NCBI GenBank assembly: GCA_963717145.1
Contig: OY970325.1
Span: forward strand, 1,824,001 to 1,888,000
Direction: 5' to 3'
Length of the DNA: 64,000 nucleotides
Origin: an uncultured Armatimonadetes bacterium
Lineage (GTDB): Bacteria; Armatimonadota; UBA5829; DTJY01
Program-made: the position numbers and the translations under genes
Part shown: in pieces, positions 1-10,502 of the stretch
Position numbering within the stretch: the first letter of the stretch is position 1
How the letters are laid out: each line of letters begins with the position of its first letter
Notes under the pieces: generated by a model
What the model saw: only the letters and a program-made list of their open reading frames with translations
What the model was told of the DNA's origin: nothing
Databases searched by the model: none

Positions 1-237
1 GATGATCTCGTCGCCCGGCTCGAAGCCGAACGCCGCCGCGAGCACCGCCAGCGCGGGCGTGCAGCCGGGAGTGGCGATGCAGTGCTTGACGCCGTATGCC
101 TCCGCGAAAGCCCTCTCGAAGCGGGTGATCATGTCGCAGGTCAGGCCGCTGTCGACGACCTCCTGCAGGTACTTCATGCAGTTCGGGCCCATCGTTCGCG
201 GGAACGGGTTCGGCAGCAAGCCCTTCAGGTCCGCCAT
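1..237 (-). CDS. DegT/DnrJ/EryC1/StrS family PLP aminotransferase, N-terminal part (runs off the window)
   Basis: Manual translation of the minus strand from ATG at 237 gives MADLKGLLPNPFPRTMGP...RFERAFAEAYGVKHCIATPGCTPALAVLAAAFGFEPGDEII, the typical DegT N-terminal pattern. Not in the ORF track. Confidence 0.8.
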   Translation of the reverse strand, partial: MADLKGLLPNPFPRTMGPNCMKYLQEVVDSGLTCDMITRFERAFAEAYGVKHCIATPGCTPALAVLAAAFGFEPGDEII

Positions 238-301
238 TCCCGCCGCGCCATATTTCGCTCGTTCGTACCCAGACCATCGTCTCCTCCGTTGCCGGTCTAT
301 C

Positions 302-2029
302 CTACTTGGCCACCACGTTCACGGAACATGTCGTGGCCGGCATCCCCATTCCGAGAACAGACCCAACCGATGCGTTGTAATAGCCGTTGCCCGGCGTGAC
401 ACCGTCGATGCGTTCGTAGGGGTGTGCTGCGTCGGCGGCGGTAATGTCGGCATAGGTGTTCGTCACCCATTCTGTAGCTTCCGTCGGGTGCTTGCGCCAG
501 AGAGTCACTGCGATTCCAAGACTCTGGTAGTACCAGTAGCCACCGTCCTGATAGGCATTGTAGCCGAACATCAGGTTCTCCCAATGCGGGCTGGTCATAT
601 CCGGCCAGACATGGCGACCGGGGCTCACATCATCGATCTTCCTGGCCATACGGACTGCACCCCTCAGCCCGGGAGTCATCTGGAACAGATCGGCGGCGCC
701 GCCGGCCGCCTTGTCGGCGTTGTAGCGCTCAGCAAACCAATCTGAAGCGGCATCGGCCTGTGCGTCGGAGAGTATCCCCGACCAGACCGCATAACCAGTG
801 ATATCCGGAGAAGCCATCGTCGGCGCGGAAGGTCCGACGCCCCATGGCAGATATCCGGCGGGATTGAACTGCGCCCGGATCGAATCACGCATGGCGTCGG
901 CAGTCTTGCTCCACGTCTTTGCCGATGCGGAATCGGAGATGCGGTCGTACATGTCCGCCAGGGCGCGCGCCGCGTTGCAGGCCAGAACCGAGACTCCCAC
1001 ATCATCGCCGCCGAAAGCGTAGGAGTCGTGGAATCCCCACATCACGCTCGGCCCGGTGGTTTCTGTGATCCCCGCGGCGCCGATGTGGCCCGGCGTCGTC
1101 CATTGGGTGACAAGACCCGTCCCGGGATTGCGAGGCACGCTGTTCCAGGCATCCACGAACCGCTCCCGCTTCGTCTTGAACCACTCCTGCCAGGCGGAGT
1201 CCCAACCGGCCTTGTAGCCATAGTGCCAGGCCAGCGTGATGAAACACATTGCCTCATCCATCGAGGGACGGTTGAAATGACCAATAGCCTCGCCATAGAA
1301 CATGCCCGGCCCCCAGCAGTAGCGGCCATCGGGATACACGTGGTCCGGGATAGCGCCTTTGGGATATGTGTACGGGCCGACCTTCGTATTCTCCCTGAGC
1401 TGTTTGAGCGCCTGGAAATCCACCGCGCGCTTCACTTCGTCGGCGGTGACGATGTCGCGGCCCGATCCTTCCAGTTGATAGAGGAAGTCGCGGCAGAAGA
1501 CGCCGGCGACCCTGTAGGCCGGGCCGGGGGTATAAATGTAAGTTCCCGTCGGCATGTCCTTGTCGGTGACGAGTTCCCTGGAGTCCTTGATGATCGATTC
1601 CGCACGCGCCTGCATGGCGGTATACAGTGCCGACGCCACGGGAACGCACATGACAGTCTCGCCGTCACGGTAGGCGCGGTAGCGACCCCCGTGTGTCTTG
1701 AACGGGCTGGCAGACAGCGAGACTGCGTAGCGCAGTTCGAACGACTTCACCCCGCGTCCGGCGACCATCCGGACCGTCTTGCGCTCTTTCGGGGCGATGC
1801 GGACAACGCTGGGAGACAGTGTCGCGCTCGAGTTCGGCTCAAACACCAGCATCAGATACGACGCGCCGGCATTGACCACATCGAATCTGTGCGTGGGCGA
1901 TACCGCCGCGAAATCCTCGACCGTGTTGGTTCCCGTCCGGAGGAACAGCGGGCCGGATGTGTCCTCGGCGTTGCAGAGAGAAGCACACAGCAGACAGAGC
2001 GTCAGGACGAACAGTATGCGTCGCGTCAT
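302..2029 (-). CDS. Secreted protein with probable (alpha/alpha)6 six-hairpin glycosidase-like C-terminal domain
   Basis: Signal peptide; FCRDFLY motif; helical repeats (ARALADMY...WSKTADAMRDSIRAQF); YQDGGYW and PYERIDG motifs reminiscent of six-hairpin glycosidases. Confidence 0.55.
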   Translation of the reverse strand: MTRRILFVLTLCLLCASLCNAEDTSGPLFLRTGTNTVEDFAAVSPTHRFDVVNAGASYLMLVFEPNSSATLSPSVVRIAPKERKTVRMVAGRGVKSFELRYAVSLSASPFKTHGGRYRAYRDGETVMCVPVASALYTAMQARAESIIKDSRELVTDKDMPTGTYIYTPGPAYRVAGVFCRDFLYQLEGSGRDIVTADEVKRAVDFQALKQLRENTKVGPYTYPKGAIPDHVYPDGRYCWGPGMFYGEAIGHFNRPSMDEAMCFITLAWHYGYKAGWDSAWQEWFKTKRERFVDAWNSVPRNPGTGLVTQWTTPGHIGAAGITETTGPSVMWGFHDSYAFGGDDVGVSVLACNAARALADMYDRISDSASAKTWSKTADAMRDSIRAQFNPAGYLPWGVGPSAPTMASPDITGYAVWSGILSDAQADAASDWFAERYNADKAAGGAADLFQMTPGLRGAVRMARKIDDVSPGRHVWPDMTSPHWENLMFGYNAYQDGGYWYYQSLGIAVTLWRKHPTEATEWVTNTYADITAADAAHPYERIDGVTPGNGYYNASVGSVLGMGMPATTCSVNVVAK

Positions 2030-2054
2030 TCCGATCCCCTCCCTTGAACTCCCA

Positions 2055-3908
2055 CTACGTCAAGAATTGGTATATCGGCACGTGGAACACCTCCCCGACG
2101 AGCGCCCACATCGCCTGCGTCACGACATCGCCGAGGATGATTCCAACGAAGAGCGGCACACTCCTGCGATAGAGCCGGTTCCCGCCATATCTAAGCACCA
2201 GCGTCTTCGCCAGCCACGCGATGAAAAACGGAACGATGAATCCCTTCATCGTAAGCGTGTTCGCCAGGATGTAACCTATCGGGTTCAGCCCGAACAGCCC
2301 CCTACCGGCTGACATCAGCAGAGTGGTGAAGCCCGCGCCGAACAGCATCGCCCATATTCCCGGCCAGTCGGTCCCCTTCGCGCTCAACACCAGGCGGTCG
2401 ACCTTACCGAAAGCGATATTCGCTTTCAGGATCGGGTACGGATTCGCGTGAGCGGTGGCCGCGCCGACATCATACACCCTGGACAGCGTACTCCACCATC
2501 CGAGAGCGAGCGCCGTGCAGCTTCCGATGCCGACCCAGATCAGGACCGTGCGCCACGGAATCCCCGACTTCTCCGCGATGTCCATTCCCTCCATCAAGTA
2601 TGGGAGCGATTGGCCTCGAATGTCAACATGTACCAGGTCGAAGAAGCCGGTCGACGCCATCGCTCCGGTCGCCATGCCGCCGGTGCCGGAGACGGCCTGC
2701 ACCGCATCATGGGCCGACCACAGCGGGGAGAAGGTCCATTGACCCCCGGCCTCCGCGCGGACCCTCGCTCCGGTGAGCACATAGGCGGCGTACACCACGA
2801 TCACCGGTCCAGCCATGAATGCCGGAATGCCTGCGATATACATCATCACTCCGCAGAGCGTCGTACACGTCACTGCCCCGATTGACAGCCTGCGCGTCGC
2901 ATCCCGTTCGGTCGGTGACTTGGCAACGGTCGATCTGATGTGATGTCGGGCCTTCCATAGTATCAGTGCGGCGAATGCGATCCATGCGCCGGACGCCTGC
3001 TCTTCGTAGTAAGGGAACCGAGCCGCCTGAGTACCGGCAGGATCCATGCCGAACATCGCACTGACCACACAGAACAAGCGCACAAGTATCGCGAAGAACC
3101 AGCAACTGAAACTGATGTTGCTCGGCACGAAGTAAGCCAACCCGATGGCCATGGGGTAGAAACTGACCGACAAGTCACGGATCGCATTCCACGGCGGCGA
3201 GCTGAATATCATCGGCGCGGCATTGAACCCCTTCAACTGAAGCGCGGGGACCTGCGGCGCCCATTCGTGGATCGCCAGCAGGCTCTGCAGGATGAACGGG
3301 ATGGCGAACCCCATCCAGAATATCGGTCGCCCAAACAGGTCGTTGCCCTTGTCCATCATCTGCAGCGGGAGCATCGCCACCGGGAACGTCAGCCGTTCCT
3401 GATTGACCCAGACTCGGCGCAGCAGGCCCGCGAGACACAGCCATATCCCCGACAGGAGTAGCAGATAGGCGCTCCAGAACGCGATCGGCACGGTCCATGC
3501 GCGCCACGGAATGCCCGTTCCGCCGAGATACAGGTCGCGGATGGCGTCTGCATCCTGAAGGACGGGCAGATTCTTCACGAACGGCAGATACTTCAACCAC
3601 TGCGGCTGGGTCTGCGAGAAGTACTGCACATAGCCCATGCCCTCGACGATGAACCGCAGGCCGCCGAATCCGACGATGGGGATCGTCGCCGTGAGGACGA
3701 TATAGCCGATGAGCAGCTCCCGGTCGTCGAACGGAAGCCATCGTCTGAGCACCCGCACCGCGAGCAGATAGAGCACGGTCGGCATCATCAGCGAGTAGCA
3801 GATGAGATAGATGCCGCCGACGATCTCGCTGTCGGCAACCCAGTAGATCAGGATCGCCTGAGTGATCAGTATCAGCAGCGCCACTCGCAGTCGGATGCCT
3901 CCGATCAT
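2055..3908 (-). CDS. DUF6785-like polytopic membrane protein (OPT-superfamily-like transporter)
   Basis: Many TM segments; motifs IPWRAWTVP, W.NQERLTFP..MLP, RVRAEAG and LRYGG.RLYRR..PLFVGIILGD. The ATG at 3908 overlaps the upstream stop (ATGA). Confidence 0.7.
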   Translation of the reverse strand: MIGGIRLRVALLILITQAILIYWVADSEIVGGIYLICYSLMMPTVLYLLAVRVLRRWLPFDDRELLIGYIVLTATIPIVGFGGLRFIVEGMGYVQYFSQTQPQWLKYLPFVKNLPVLQDADAIRDLYLGGTGIPWRAWTVPIAFWSAYLLLLSGIWLCLAGLLRRVWVNQERLTFPVAMLPLQMMDKGNDLFGRPIFWMGFAIPFILQSLLAIHEWAPQVPALQLKGFNAAPMIFSSPPWNAIRDLSVSFYPMAIGLAYFVPSNISFSCWFFAILVRLFCVVSAMFGMDPAGTQAARFPYYEEQASGAWIAFAALILWKARHHIRSTVAKSPTERDATRRLSIGAVTCTTLCGVMMYIAGIPAFMAGPVIVVYAAYVLTGARVRAEAGGQWTFSPLWSAHDAVQAVSGTGGMATGAMASTGFFDLVHVDIRGQSLPYLMEGMDIAEKSGIPWRTVLIWVGIGSCTALALGWWSTLSRVYDVGAATAHANPYPILKANIAFGKVDRLVLSAKGTDWPGIWAMLFGAGFTTLLMSAGRGLFGLNPIGYILANTLTMKGFIVPFFIAWLAKTLVLRYGGNRLYRRSVPLFVGIILGDVVTQAMWALVGEVFHVPIYQFLT

Positions 3909-6634
3909 CTTCTCTCCGCCAGTATCTTGACGCGCCCATCGTCCAACTGCACGACTATCTCTCCCCTGCCGTCGCCGTCGAGATCCGCGAGGAACGCCTC
4001 TTCCACGCCTGCGTCGAAGCTCACCATCCACATCACCCGGCCCTTACCATTCCTCTCGTCGAGCGCCAGAAGCTTGCCGTTGGGGAGGCCGACGAGGAAG
4101 TTCTCGCGTCCATCGCCGTCCACATCGCCGCTGGATATGTTGATCGGCGTGGACGCCTTGCATCGGAGGTCGAGCTTCCAACGAGTCCGGCATGTCTCGA
4201 CATCGGCGCAGTGGAAGATACCGTCCTTGTCCGCCATGCCGACGTCCCAGGCGTCGTTTCTGATCCGGGCGATCGATGAGCCGCACCATTCGAATATGTA
4301 CGTGCTCGAGAAGTCCTGCTTGGCGAGTCGAGCGCCGGTGTAGTCGAGCACCTCCAGGCAGTCGAGGCCGGGAGTGAGGACGATCCGCCCAGCGCCCCCC
4401 GGACCGAACGGCCCGATGATCGGGAGCGCGTACTTCGACCCGTCGCCCCTTCCGGGAACCGTGACGTTCCATCCCTGAGCGATCATCCGGCCCTTTCCCG
4501 CCGGATCGTAGATAATGTGCTTCCCGTGGTTGTCGACGAAGACCTCCTCCCTGCCGTCGCCATCGAGGTCGGCGGCCGCCGGAACTCTCGGATAGGGACC
4601 GTCCAACTTGTCCGACCACAGAAGCTCGCCCGATTCGTCGTAGGTCGCACAGCCGATATTGTGAACGCCGGGCCGCAGTCCGACGAACAGGCGCATCTGC
4701 TCGGTACCGAACGGCATCAGCTCGGCGGTGCTGCGGGTGGAGTAGGGCTTCTCGGTCGGGAGCGGAGTCATGATTTCGGCGGTCGGCCTGGGATCGAGTT
4801 CGCCGATGGAGGGCCTGTAGACCGCCACTCGGTTGTCTTCCTCCCCAAAAGTACACACGAGCCGCCTGCCATCCGGGCCGATCCATATCGACGGCGTCGA
4901 GCCCTCGACCGTCCATTGGCTCTTGAACTGCCCCGACTTGCCGAGATCCGGTTCTCCGCCGATCACTCGGCCATCAGAGAGCGACATGACGAGCTCGCGC
5001 CGCCCGTCCGCGACCGAAACGAGCGGCCACGTTGCCGACGGACCCGCGGGCTGCTCGATCGTGAGACTGATCGCCGCGATCTTGCCCTCCGTTTGGAGTA
5101 CCTCGCGGGCGGCCGGACCGATCTTGAACGGCTCGAACTGCGATTTGCCGTCGACGATGCGCCAGATGTACTCGTTCCCGCCGCGACTCACCAGCAAGCC
5201 GTTGACGTACAGCACGGCATCCCGGCGGGCATGGAACAGAGTATCGTCCGGTAGCCTGCCATCCATGAGGACGAAGGACGTGTTTCCCGGATGACCCTCA
5301 CCCCAACCCTCTCCCTCAGAGGGAGAGGGGGCACGCGACTCCCTCTCCCTCTGAGGGAGAGGGTTGGGGTGAGGGTCATCCGGGAAACCCCTGATCTCCA
5401 CGATGTCCCGAAGCGTTTTGCCATCGACCGCCTGTATTGCCGCATTGGGCGTCAAGAGGCGCTCCTTCTGCGCACTCGTAATGATCTCCGGCCGCGTGTC
5501 GCCGTTAAGGTCGTAGCAGCCCCAGAAGTAGCGGTCGGGCAGGTCCGCGAGCCTCGTGGAATCCATCGTGTTGAAGGCAATCGTGTGCCATCGGTTGTCC
5601 CCGTCGAGATTGAATGCCCCGAGCACCAACTCCTTCCGGCCATCGCCGTTCACGTCCGCGAGCGAGGTGATATTCGGACGAAGCTCCTTGTCACCCAGAG
5701 GCAGATCGCTCGCCACGAACTGCGACCAGGCGAGGCTGAAGCTCTTGCCGCCGTTGTTCTTCAGCACCGAGATGTAGTGCTCGACCTGGCAGGAGACCAT
5801 CACGGCATCCTTGAACCCGTCGCCGTCGACGTCCGTCGCCCGGAGGAGGCCATACGGGCGACCGATGTGATCGCCACCCGCGACCACGTACCCGAGATCG
5901 AACTTGACGTCGCCGGTCTCCACGTCGATCACACCCATGTAACCCGGTTTGCCCGCGAGGACGATGTCCTTCCGCCCATCGTTGTCCATGTCGGCGAACA
6001 CGAAGAACGGTCCATAGTTCTGCCAGTACCGGCCGGTGTAATCCTTCGACCAGAGCAGTCTGGGCCTGGAGGAGGAGAATTCATAGCAGCAGCCGATCAT
6101 TGAGTTCTGGGGAAAGATGACAAGGCGAGCGCTTTGTCCATGCTCGAGCACGGCGTACCCTCCGAGGTATGCGCCCGGTGGCACGTTCCACTTCCAGAAG
6201 ATCCGCCCGGAAGCGACTTCCATCAGTACGAGGGTGTCGGTACCGATCTGCACGAGCGCGCCGAACTGGGTTACGGCGGCGACCGACGAGACCCCGAGAG
6301 TCGGACGGCTCCAGACGTTCGTGCCGTCAGCCCTGATCAGTCGGACTCCGTGCCGGACCTGCGCGAAGTAGAGGCGCTTGCCCTGGATTGTGATCGGTTT
6401 GAGGTAGGCATGTCCGCCCGGCGGCGATCCATACGACCAGACCTCCTTCGGGGCGGCCTTCATCGCTGAGGCAACATCGGCTCTGGCGGTATTGCGGCAG
6501 TCCTTTCGAGGCAGGAGCCACGTACCAGCCGGATCGCCCGCGCATTGACAGGCGACCAGTAACATCAGGGCGAGCGCAGACGGCAACACACGGGCAGGTC
6601 GATGATCTCGCAGCACGGCGGTTCCACTCCACAA
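3905..6634 (-). CDS. Secreted FG-GAP/VCBS-repeat beta-propeller protein carrying an in-frame palindromic insert
   Basis: Repeated DxDGDG(R/F)xE/D motifs (ADMDNDGRKD, DVDGDGFKD, DVNGDGRKE, DLDGDGREE) and a signal-like N-terminus. The true start may be somewhat downstream. Confidence 0.75.
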   Translation of the reverse strand: MWSGTAVLRDHRPARVLPSALALMLLVACQCAGDPAGTWLLPRKDCRNTARADVASAMKAAPKEVWSYGSPPGGHAYLKPITIQGKRLYFAQVRHGVRLIRADGTNVWSRPTLGVSSVAAVTQFGALVQIGTDTLVLMEVASGRIFWKWNVPPGAYLGGYAVLEHGQSARLVIFPQNSMIGCCYEFSSSRPRLLWSKDYTGRYWQNYGPFFVFADMDNDGRKDIVLAGKPGYMGVIDVETGDVKFDLGYVVAGGDHIGRPYGLLRATDVDGDGFKDAVMVSCQVEHYISVLKNNGGKSFSLAWSQFVASDLPLGDKELRPNITSLADVNGDGRKELVLGAFNLDGDNRWHTIAFNTMDSTRLADLPDRYFWGCYDLNGDTRPEIITSAQKERLLTPNAAIQAVDGKTLRDIVEIRGFPDDPHPNPLPQRERESRAPSPSEGEGWGEGHPGNTSFVLMDGRLPDDTLFHARRDAVLYVNGLLVSRGGNEYIWRIVDGKSQFEPFKIGPAAREVLQTEGKIAAISLTIEQPAGPSATWPLVSVADGRRELVMSLSDGRVIGGEPDLGKSGQFKSQWTVEGSTPSIWIGPDGRRLVCTFGEEDNRVAVYRPSIGELDPRPTAEIMTPLPTEKPYSTRSTAELMPFGTEQMRLFVGLRPGVHNIGCATYDESGELLWSDKLDGPYPRVPAAADLDGDGREEVFVDNHGKHIIYDPAGKGRMIAQGWNVTVPGRGDGSKYALPIIGPFGPGGAGRIVLTPGLDCLEVLDYTGARLAKQDFSSTYIFEWCGSSIARIRNDAWDVGMADKDGIFHCADVETCRTRWKLDLRCKASTPINISSGDVDGDGRENFLVGLPNGKLLALDERNGKGRVMWMVSFDAGVEEAFLADLDGDGRGEIVVQLDDGRVKILAERR
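5282..5388. repeat. Long palindromic element (CCCTCACCCCAACCCTCTCCC type) inside a CDS
   Basis: Arms gtttcccggatgaccctcaccccaaccctctccctcagagggagaggg and ccctctccctctgagggagagggttggggtgagggtcatccgggaaac are reverse complements. Confidence 0.95.
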
Positions 6635-6725
6635 ACCATGATCCGGTTACTCGATGCAATGTTCGCCCACGGCCTCCGTTCCACCTGCGGAAGACCCACG
6701 AATCGAGTGAACGCCGTCGAAGGGC

Positions 6726-8616
6726 TCACTGCACGTACTGCAACTTCTCTTTCGCCAGTTCGTTCGCGGGATCGAGTTCGAGCGCCTTCAGGAACTGCGC
6801 GCGAGCCGCATTGCGATCGCCCTGATGGGAAAGACACCATCCATACTGCACTCGGCCATACGGTGAGAAGGGCAGTTCGTCCACGTAGACCCTCAGCAGA
6901 TCGGCGGCTGAATCGAGGGCGGCGCGATCCCGCGCGTCCTGCCACCGGAACTGATAGGCTTTCGCGAGTTCCATCCGCCAACCGAGGTCCGGGCACAGTT
7001 CGAACCCCTTCTTCGCAACCTCGAGCATCTCGTCATGACGCTTGAGGCCCATGAGTACGCGGCATTTGAGTTGGAGCGCACTTAGCCGGACTTGGGGGTC
7101 CTTGGCCTTGCTGAGCGCTGTCTCGGCCAGACGCAGCCTTTCCTCCCGTGTCTCCGCACGGTCGGCGTTGGCCATCAGCACCCAGCCCCGAATGACGCAC
7201 ACCTCCGCCGAGCCTTGACCGAATGCCTGCTCAGCCTGGGCGAACACCGCCTCCTGGTCGATTCGTTCGCCTCCCCACAGCGGAGAGACGCTGACGCCGT
7301 AGGTCTGATACGCGTTGAGGTCCTTCGGGTCGATGCGCATCAGTTCGCTGAACGCGGCCTCGACGTCCTGCCGGGGACCGATCTCGCGAGCGATATCAAG
7401 TATGCTCTTCCACGCCCAGACGCAATCCGAGTCCAGTGAGACTGCGATCCGGGCCTCTTTCTGCGCCTCCTCCGAGTTCTGCCGCCATGCCCTCTTGACA
7501 GACGCGGACATGTCGTTGAAATAGTGGCCCTGGCGTGCATTGCCGGCAGCGATGTCGTATGCCTTGGACAGCAGGGCATGGGAAGAGGCGCGTGTCGGCC
7601 AGAGTGCGACCACCTTCTTCGCCTCCTCTATGGCGAGGTCCGCATCATACCTCCCGATCGCGGTGTAGGCCAGCATATCGTGAGCGCGCACCAGGCCGGG
7701 GTCACGACTCACCGCCGACTCCAGGATGCCCTGCGCCTTGCTGTATTCGAACTGACTGAGGTACAACTGCGCCCGCAGCACATCGACATACGCGTTGCCG
7801 GGGTGCATCGTCCCGAACACGAGTGAGGAGTCCGCGGAGCTTGTCGTCATCGCGGATCTCTCGCCAGGACTGCGGTCCATACACGTAGAATTCAAGCGTG
7901 CGAAGGGTGGCAAAGAGTGAGTCACCCTCCGACTCGCACATCTGCCAGCGGAGTCTCTCGGCCTCATCGAGGTTCTTGTTCCGGTAGCTCTTCGCGTAGA
8001 GAACAAGCGTCTCGGGCTTCCGGAATACAGGCTTGTTGGGGAACTGCGACGCGCCTCTCGGCGGCTTCATCGCCTGCAGGATCTCCCTCCCGAGAGCAAC
8101 CTGCATGGCGGGCAAGTCCGACAGGCTGCCGGACCGATGGGCGGTCTTGACGAGTGACTTGCCGTCGTCAGCGGTCACATCGAGCAGTCGGAGCGTTATC
8201 GACACGCCGTCACCATCGAGCTTGAGGTCCCCCGCGACGGCGTACCTCACCCCAAGGCGCTCTCCGGCGCGCATCGCCAAATCGTCCGACAGCGAATCCC
8301 CCGGACCGCTGTTGAGACGCAGGTACTGGGCCGAGAGTTCGCGCCAACTTGGCTGCTGGACGAGGCTCTTGGGCGCGGAGTAGAACCAGTCGGACAGCGC
8401 GCGAGCGAAACCGATCGAGTAGAGCACGGCATCCTTGTCGCCCTGCGGCCGCAGGTTGAACACGACGATGGTGTCCGAGGGAGAATCCTGGGGCGCGACC
8501 GCGGAGGGGGTTTTCGCCACCGGGCCCATGGCTATCAGGCCGAAAACCTTATAACGCCATACAGTCGCCATCAGACTGACGATCAGCACGAGTACCAGGG
8601 CGATCTTCTTACCCAT
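6726..8616 (-). pseudogene. Membrane-anchored TolB-N-like/TPR-repeat protein, split by a +1 frameshift near 7812 (possibly a sequencing error)
   Basis: ORF 7702..8616 (N-terminal TM, TolB-N/CsgG-like segment) joins ORF 6726..8006 (TPR helices ending KALELDPANELAKEKL) if one G of a GGG run at 7812-7814 is removed. Confidence 0.7.
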
Positions 8617-8784
8617 TCCGAGCCTCCGCTGCCCATTGGCAATTGTCTGCCTGCCGCAAAGGGATGTTCTCCAGGCGACCGGCTATTCCTGCAGGGCCGG
8701 GCGTGAGGGTTGACTTGCGGATTCCCCAGCGGTTACCATCTAGCAACGTGGCATATGGCCGAGTCCGGAGGCGGGAGGGTTGCC

Positions 8785-9165
8785 ATGGCAGAGGATTGTC
8801 GAGAGAAGCGAAGGCTGATAGCAGTCGCGGCGAAGTGCCTGGCGCTGGTATGGGCCGGATGGTGCACATTCTGCGTCCTGTCCAGCGGTCTGAGCGACGA
8901 GACAGGGATGATCGGGACACTCAAGAACGGCTTCTGGTTTGGGCCGGCTGCCCTCGTGATCGCGTTGATCGCCTTACGCTGGGAGATGCTCGGGGGCGTT
9001 TTGTTGGTGCTCACAGGGATCGCTTGGAGTATCGTGTACCCCGTTGACTTCAGTGCAGGAACGGCGACGGTCGTCTTCATGCTGCTGACACTCGTTGCAC
9101 CTCCCCTGATCGCAGGGATCATGCTGCTGGCCCGCTGGTGCGGACCGAAGGAGAATACGAAGTGA
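8785..9165 (+). CDS. Small hypothetical membrane protein (about 4 TM)
   Basis: GGAGGG RBS before ATG at 8785; hydrophobic helices; stop overlaps the next start. Confidence 0.7.
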   Translation: MAEDCREKRRLIAVAAKCLALVWAGWCTFCVLSSGLSDETGMIGTLKNGFWFGPAALVIALIALRWEMLGGVLLVLTGIAWSIVYPVDFSAGTATVVFMLLTLVAPPLIAGIMLLARWCGPKENTK

Positions 9166-9497
9166 ACTGTGATGTCGTTCTGATCGGGCAGGCGGGGCTT
9201 GGAGCGGGTGACCCGCAGCTTGGCGGGCTGATACTGGCGAACTTCCTGCGGCTGCTCGGGGAGCGCGAGGATCGGCCGGAGTACATCATCCTCTGGAACG
9301 AGGGCGTGCGGATCGCGGTCGAGGGCTCGAACTGGATCAACCATCTGAGGCGGCTCGAGGAGCAGGGCGTCAAGATCGTTTGTTGCCAGACGTGCATCGA
9401 GTTCCTCGGACTCGAGGGCCGGATCGCGGTCGGTGAGATCGGGAATATGCCGGGCATACAGGATATCCTGTTCACACGGCGCGTGCTCACCGTCTGA
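9162..9497 (+). CDS. DsrE/YedF-like sulfurtransferase-family protein
   Basis: G.GD..LG..L...FL, I.WNEGVR, GVKIVCCQTC.EFLGL and VGEIGNM motifs. Confidence 0.8.
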   Translation: MNCDVVLIGQAGLGAGDPQLGGLILANFLRLLGEREDRPEYIILWNEGVRIAVEGSNWINHLRRLEEQGVKIVCCQTCIEFLGLEGRIAVGEIGNMPGIQDILFTRRVLTV

Positions 9498-9518
9498 GCA
9501 CATGTGGGAGGACGGCGG

Positions 9519-10019
9519 ATGATCCGTGAGATGAATGAGTCTGAATTCGAGGTCTTCTTTCCGCTCATGGCGGAACTCGAGGCCGGAAATCATTTTGACT
9601 TCGACAACCCCAGGCACATCGAGTGGCTGAGGCGAAGGATCGCCGCGCATTTCGCCCGCGGGATGCGCGTTTTCGGGTATTACCTCAATGGCTCGCCGGT
9701 AGGTTTCGCTGCCGTGATCGTCAACGATGGTCCGGATGGCGTGACCGACTGCTGGCGGAGTGCTGAACTGCTCGATATTGGATTTCTGCAGGAGTTTCGG
9801 GGACATGGCTATGGCTCGGAACTGCTCCAGCACGTGGAGGAGTACGCAGAGCAGGCGGGCGTGTACTGCCTCTTCATGGTAACCTATGCAGCCGAGCACC
9901 GCCGGATAGCGTTCTACGGCAAGAACGGATATGTTCCCGTCGCCACGATGCCGGATGTCCACGGACCCGGCGACGAGGGCGAAGTATACATGCGCAAGAT
10001 ATTGACCAAGGAGGACTAG
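9519..10019 (+). CDS. GNAT family N-acetyltransferase
   Basis: Acetyl-CoA motif EFRGHGYGSELL; AFYGKNGY. Confidence 0.85.
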   Translation: MIREMNESEFEVFFPLMAELEAGNHFDFDNPRHIEWLRRRIAAHFARGMRVFGYYLNGSPVGFAAVIVNDGPDGVTDCWRSAELLDIGFLQEFRGHGYGSELLQHVEEYAEQAGVYCLFMVTYAAEHRRIAFYGKNGYVPVATMPDVHGPGDEGEVYMRKILTKED

Positions 10020-10022
10020 CTG

Positions 10023-10454
10023 ATGGCAAAGGCAGATAGCGGCAAGACAGTGAGGGTCGACTACACCGGACGGCTGAATGATGGGACGGTATTCGATAGC
10101 TCGGAGGGGCGCGAACCACTGGAGTTCGTCCTCGGCGAGGGACAGGTGATCCCGGGCTTCGACCAGGGCGTGATGGGCATGGAGACCGGCGATGCGAAGA
10201 CGATCACCATCCCGTGTGAGAACGCCTACGGTCCTCGTCAGGAGGACCTGGTGGCGGAGATAGACAAGGGATCCTTCCCGCCGGACATGGAGTTGACCGT
10301 CGGAGATATGCTTCGACTACAGCAGCCGGATGGAGCCACGATCGCGGCGACGGTCGCGGAGATCAAGGACGGCAGCGTGGTTCTCGATGCCAATCATCCG
10401 CTCGCGGGCCAGGACCTGACCTTCGACGTGAAGCTCGTGGAGATACAGGGGTAA
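10023..10454 (+). CDS. slyD: FKBP-type peptidyl-prolyl cis-trans isomerase (SlyD-like, no His-rich tail)
   Basis: VRVDYTGRL.DGTVFDSS, VIPGFD, AYG and LDANHPLAGQDLTFDV motifs. Confidence 0.92.
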   Translation: MAKADSGKTVRVDYTGRLNDGTVFDSSEGREPLEFVLGEGQVIPGFDQGVMGMETGDAKTITIPCENAYGPRQEDLVAEIDKGSFPPDMELTVGDMLRLQQPDGATIAATVAEIKDGSVVLDANHPLAGQDLTFDVKLVEIQG

Positions 10455-10502
10455 GGAGTCGAGGAGCAAGGGAGTCGAGGGGCAAGGGATAAGGAACAAG
10501 GA

